This document shows positions 58,022 through 64,000 of a stretch of 64,000 nt of DNA, in pieces. The position numbers were made by a program, and so were the translations under genes. Each line of letters opens with the position of its first letter. Position 1 is the stretch's first letter. The stretch is from Amoebidium appalachense (Eukaryota > Protista > Ichthyosporea), in assembly GCA_963693365.1 (NCBI GenBank), contig CAVNZM010000002.1, positions 9,583,059-9,647,058 of the forward strand, given 5' to 3'. The notes beneath the pieces were generated by a model. It made no database searches and had not been told where the DNA came from. It saw only the letters and a program-made list of their open reading frames with translations.

Positions 58022-58585
58022 CTAGAATTTTGTAATGATGTGTTTCTCAAGCCAATCAATACATCTAATAAACAAGTCGTAGTTTCGTGTGTTTAGTATA
58101 AAATCAAGAATGTTGTAATTTCAGGTAGGCTATCTTTCTGGGTGTTTGTGAATGTGACGTGTGTGTTTTGCGGTATTATGTGGTCTATCAAACTACATTT
58201 GGCGATACATGACCGTATAAACTGGTGTGTGTGTGTGTTGTTTGGGCATGCAAACGATGCCAGGGCCTTATACTTATTAGATCTCCACTGTATAGCACGT
58301 GTACAGTAAAAGCGTGGTATGTGATCAATAATACCATCAGCTAGAGAAAGACCAATTATACAGGAAGGTAATATGTATTTAGGTGTTACACATTTGCGAG
58401 TGCCATATTTGGCAATATGGTTAAGGCGGTCATTATATATAAAACGAGACATAAGGCTTAGTTTTTCAAGGTGTATGCTTTCATCGGGCCTGGTGTCGTG
58501 TGGTAATACCTCTTTTTGTGGTTTTGATGTAATCGGGAGCCCGACATGGCGCGACTGATCCCACATCTTGCACCTGGGGCCCTCT

Positions 58586-58623
<38 letters not shown>

Positions 58624-59379
58624 TTTTGCCCCCTTCCCCTTCACCCTCAGGCACCCTGGCACCGGGAACTGAACGTCATGATGATAAACTACAGTTAGAA
58701 GTCCGCGAGGCGTACAAACATGACGTTTTTTCAGATAAGGGGCTTCAACTTATGCGACGTCCTCATTTATACCTACAAATCGCACCTGATCCGACAAAAT
58801 CGCGACCATAAATGGTAGTCACACTCTTATTGAAATGATTTGGGCCTTAAATGCTCTGATTTTGCTGTTGAATCCTGCATTCATTGCACAAAAGTTCTTC
58901 CACAAAGTAACTTGTTGAAGCAGAAGGAGTCCGGCATTTCGGCGTAAAAGTTTTTAAACAGAAGCGCGCAGCAAGGTTATTCTGTTGGCATGATTGGGCT
59001 GGTAACCACGAGTCACCGTGTTCCTTCACATAGTATGCATTAAACCATCCCTCAACCCTCCCCCCCCCCTCTTCCTCCTCCTACTCCCCGGCCCCCCTCC
59101 CCCGTCTCAGAGTCCCCCCGGGCCCCTCTCCTACGGTCCTGGCTGTTTTCTCGTGTCCACACCACCACCACCCGTTACTCAGGCTATCACCACGACCACA
59201 CAAGCCACGGGATACTTGCATTGCCCCCTCCCTCACCGACCACAACTAAAAGCACCTGGTTCACCTTGGAAACATGTAGTTCCCCCATTTGACGAAGTTT
59301 ATAAACAACCGACTCATTCATCTTGAAGCAAGCCTTGAAACCCCCCCCCCCCCCCCCCCCTCCCTCCCCCCCCCCCCCC

Positions 59380-59515
<136 letters not shown>

Positions 59516-59689
59516 CCCCCACCCCCCTCCTCCCAAGACGGTAGGCCTACCTTTACGACGTTCACCGAGCTCCCAGCTACATGGTGTTACCAAAATTCAA
59601 AATACGGTGGTTGTTCTAGGTCTACTTCCTATCGTAAAACGAAGTTACAATCAAAAACCCCAAGTTGTACACGCAGTAAGGTATCATGT

Positions 59690-59764
<75 letters not shown>

Positions 59765-59821
59765 GCGTGTGTGTGTGTGTGTGTATGTGTGTGTATGTAT
59801 GTGTGTGTTGGTGTGTGTGTC

Positions 59822-59883
<62 letters not shown>

Positions 59884-60045
59884 TGTGCGTGGGTGCGTAC
59901 GTGCGTGCGCTCGCGTGTGCGCGCACGGGGAGACTCCGAGTGGTTCGGTTCTGTGACATATGTGGACATGTATAACAAGTCAGTGCCAGTGTCGTTGTGA
60001 TGCATACATTAGTTCGCATGTGTGGGCCAAAGAGAGAGTGAGAGT

Positions 60046-60084
<39 letters not shown>

Positions 60085-60102
60085 AAGAGAGAGAGAGAGA
60101 GG

Positions 60103-60133
<31 letters not shown>

Positions 60134-60189
60134 TGACAGAGAGCTAGAGAGCGAGAGACAGGGAGAGAGAGAGAGAAAGAGAGAGAGAG

Positions 60190-60225
<36 letters not shown>

Positions 60226-60228
60226 TGT

Positions 60229-60259
<31 letters not shown>

Positions 60260-62389
60260 GAGAGAGAGAGAGAGAGAGAGAGATGGACAAAGTGCATTAC
60301 ATGCGCGCTTGTGCAGGTGTTTAATACAAGAGGTGCCCGTCGACTTGTGTGTAGTACACGTACATGAGTACTGGTGGTGTGTAGGTACATGCGAAAATGG
60401 GTGGGTGTGCTTGTGCTTGTTCATGTGCACGTGTGTGTGTGCGTGTGTACGTGCGTGCGTGTAAGTGTGTGTGTGCGTGTGCATGTCTGTCTGTGTTTCT
60501 GTGCACAGATTACGTGTGAATGTGTGTGTGCCCGTGTGTGCGCGTGTGTGCGTGTGTGCGCATGTGTGTGTGTGTGTGTGTGTGTGCATGTGTGTATGCG
60601 TGCGTGCGTGCGTGTGTCCGCGTGTGTGCATGTGAGGGCGCGTACATGTGTACGTGCACGTGCGTGTGTGTGCGTGTGCGACCCGGGTGTGAGTTTGTGT
60701 GTGCGTGTGTCAACTTCAACCTCAAGGGCTGATGCCAAAGTGGTGTGTTGGTTAGGTAATTACGCGCGTCACTTTTTCAGTTTAGTGGTCGACATAAAAG
60801 AAGTATGCTCACGTGTACACTTGCATGCGCATGCGGTGGGGAAGGGGTTGCGTGAGGGAGGTTGTCACGGCGGACGTTACGACAACGCCATCAACATTGT
60901 CGTCAGCCAGCGCAACAGTGTGTACGTGCGCACGTGACTGACATTAGTGCACGCCTGCTACATACATGTGCACGTGTTTGTTGTATGACATGTCGTGCGT
61001 GGGTCCCGAGCGAGAGATGTGGCGTGGGGGTTTGCTCACGACAAATGAGTTCGTGTTGAGCTCGCATGCGCGCATGATGGCGATTCAAGGAGAGATTCAA
61101 GGAGTTTATAATGATCAGTAAACGTTAACCCCGCATGACGGCTACGACGTCTCGGTACTTCTGGCTCACATCATGTATGATAGTCAAACTCAACAACCGT
61201 GGCACGCATAGGTACTGATGACATACGTGCTTGTAGGGGAAGGTGTATCGAATGCAAAGAACTAAAGGTGAATTACATGAGGTTAGCGTGTGCCTAAAGC
61301 TTGCAACATGCGCACATGTTTCCAAACTGGCATGGCACGAGAACACGGCACGGCAGGATGGCACGGCAGCAGGGCCGGATTACGTAATCCCAGATCCCAA
61401 CTAATTGAATTCCCATGATTCCTCGATTTGGATTGGCTAATAGAAATTCTGGGGTGCTTATTCAACCAATCAAAACTGACCCGAATTCCTCATCTCATTA
61501 GCCGATAGGCCGAAACTCTCGGTAATGCATATGGCAAGGATACTTGAGAGGAAATGACTACTCATTCTTACGGCGTAAAAGAGCTAATTAATTGATCACA
61601 ACTGAGTAAAAATCTAATGTTATACTAAAATATATCTAATATTATGAATTTGGTGCTCTAGAACATTCACATTTCAATAACTGTTCAAACCATCTGCAAC
61701 TGGTCTGATAATGCTTTCCTCGAAGATATACAATATCAATCCCAATCATGCCGAAAGTGTTGTTTTCGAGGATATCAACGGTGTTCCTTTTCCCGTCCGC
61801 TTCTTAGCTACCCTTCCTAAATGTTACACTTCATTTTTCGTTGTAGAAACCTTTCTAACGTGTGTATGTGTGTATCTGTGCACATATTCTGCGTTCTGTA
61901 TATACTTGTCGGTGTAAGCCTAGCAGGTTGTGGCATCGTCTAGGCACGGGACACAATACCAACCAATGGCACATCCGACCATCATTATGATAGAGAAAGT
62001 TCACATCACGAGCCTTGGAGAGATTATCGTTCTGTCCTGACCACCTGCCATTATCAGCTGCGTTTTGTTCTCAAATATTCTTCTATCCTCCGCAAAGTAA
62101 ATAGAAAAGGTTTGAGCTCTCAGCTATTTTTCACCACAATTACTAGAGCAATTATTAGAACAATTACTAGAGAGGCTTCCTTGAAGGTGCCAGTGCATGG
62201 CAAGCTGGTACTGTCATTTCTACGAAGTGAACAAGCCTGAACGTGAAACACGACGTGCAGCAAACCATTCCCTTTTTGTGTGTGCATCTTGTGGAGACAA
62301 ACACCACAATTCAATAAGAGGCTAAGCGTGTGGCATTGCAGGCATCTAGATCTGTAGCTTTCTCCTCGGACAAGGATCTTTCATAAACC

Positions 62390-62491
62390 ATGGCGTCCAA
62401 GCTTGCCACGTTGTTTTCTTCTGCGAAGAAGAAGGAAAAGAAAACGGAGCCTCAGGACCCGACAGCCCAACTGGAGCTGGAGTTTGCTAAG
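62390..62491 (+). CDS. First coding exon of an unidentified gene that continues beyond the window
   Basis: aaaccATGGCG Kozak-like start, peptide MASKLATLFSSAKKKEKKTEPQDPTAQLELEFAK, donor AAG|gtaatt. It follows a repeat-free, CCAAT-containing region at 61370-62380. Confidence 0.6.
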
Positions 62492-62574
62492 GTAATTTGC
62501 CCTGTGAAGAAAAGCTGTCACAGTGTGTATAAGATGCACGGCTGCATCGGGGAAGATCTCCCAAGTTGTTATCC

Positions 62575-62618
<44 letters not shown>

Positions 62619-62994
62619 GACGACCGTGGCCCCACCCGCGGATAGGCCCTGCTGATGATGCATAATCTTCATGTGCGCTTTCATTGTTCAGTCTATTGTT
62701 TGTCTTAAACTTGCACTTGCACACAGTAATATTATTAATACACTGGCTTACGGGGCTTACGAGTCCTTCTCCCCCCCCCCCCCCCCCCCCCCCCCGCCCC
62801 CGCCCCCCTACCCCCCCCACCCCGACCTCCCCTTCCCTTCCCCCACCCCACACACCCACACACAAACACCATTCCTTTTCTCTCAAGACACTCTCTGTGT
62901 CTTGATGCCTCGTGGTGGTCCAGAGGTCGCTGTGAACCAAACGGGGGATTGAATTCAGGTGGCGGGGGCAGAGGGGGAGGGGAACGGGGGTGGG

Positions 62995-63031
<37 letters not shown>

Positions 63032-63230
63032 AGGGTGGTTTCGGCTGTACATGCATGCTACGGGTTAACAGCTGCAACAGCCACTATCTATAGAATGTGA
63101 ACCGGTAGGAAGATGAAGTGCAACTATGGGAGCCTCGGTACATGACTTGCCAATGGTGCATCACCTGCCGTGCTTACTAGTCCTCAGTTTTATACAGATA
63201 TCGGCCTACGTATACCCTGTTCTCCTGTCC

Positions 63231-63261
<31 letters not shown>

Positions 63262-63374
63262 AAAAAAAAAAGAAAAGAAAAAAGAAAGAAAAGAAAAAAA
63301 AACACCAATACCTGCACACCCCACGCAATTGCACTCAGTAAAACACTACAATGCTTGTGCATTAACCAACCCCC

Positions 63375-63405
<31 letters not shown>

Positions 63406-64000
63406 AAAAAAAAAAAAAACACACACACACAACCCACACCCTCTTCATATGCCCAAGCCTCTGACATCCCCCCCCCCCCCCCCCCCCCTTCCCCCCTCCC
63501 CCCCCCCCCCCCTTCCCCTCTGAGCCTCACACGCACGCACACACATATACTTCCGGAAACAATGGCTGCTGATCTCTGCTATTTCTTATCACCACATCTT
63601 GCCGTATCTTTTTGTGTGTAACGTGTCACACTGTCAATTTTTGCATGCCTTTCAAGGTTATGCACTGCTTTCCAAGTCATGTAGCCCCTTTCCACCTACT
63701 CCCTTCTTCCATTCCTGCAGATCCGATCCACTCACCGGCCCTCCGTCCCCCCTCCCCCCTCCCCCTCCTCCCTGCCTCTCCCTGTACCCCCCCCCCCCCT
63801 CCCCCTCCCCTCCCCCCCCCCAAAAAAAAAAGCCCCTCACTGTATTACATGATATCGTCAATCCACTTTTATTCTCACACAGCAACCGACCATTTGTGTC
63901 TTGTTGACTTGCAGCCACCATATATAGCCACTGGCCACACTACTGGGGACCAAACTAACCACCCTTTTTCTCCTCATCCCCCCCCCCCCCCCCCCCTTCT

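Overview
Eukaryotic, intron-rich genomic DNA, probably from a unicellular opisthokont or holozoan (inference only). It is saturated with (CA/TG)n, (GA/CT)n and 20-60 nt poly-G/poly-C tracts, so nearly all ORFs in the supplied track are microsatellite artefacts. Manual splicing recovers five genes. (1) A complete ~31-exon PAN2 deadenylase on the minus strand (28103..2060, 3807 nt CDS, 1268 aa; WD40 + pseudo-UCH + DEDDh). (2) A divergent 2-exon Pro/Gln/Tyr-rich gene with an SRA1/Sec31-type GWNDPP motif (30555..33412). (3) A secreted GH28 polygalacturonase whose bacterial-type catalytic domain is a single exon (37689..35523). (4) A 2-exon GATA zinc-finger factor (52521..54128). (5) The first exon of an unknown gene (62390..62491). 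Introns hold several MITE families: TTAA/Kolobok-like, a ~670-bp foldback and a TA/Tc1-mariner-like element. The most unusual signals are the splice grammar (2-3 non-consensus GC donors among 30 PAN2 introns, acceptors without polypyrimidine tracts, splice sites fused to microsatellites), two in-phase partial exon duplicates, and repeat copies that catch G-tracts at different stages of expansion.
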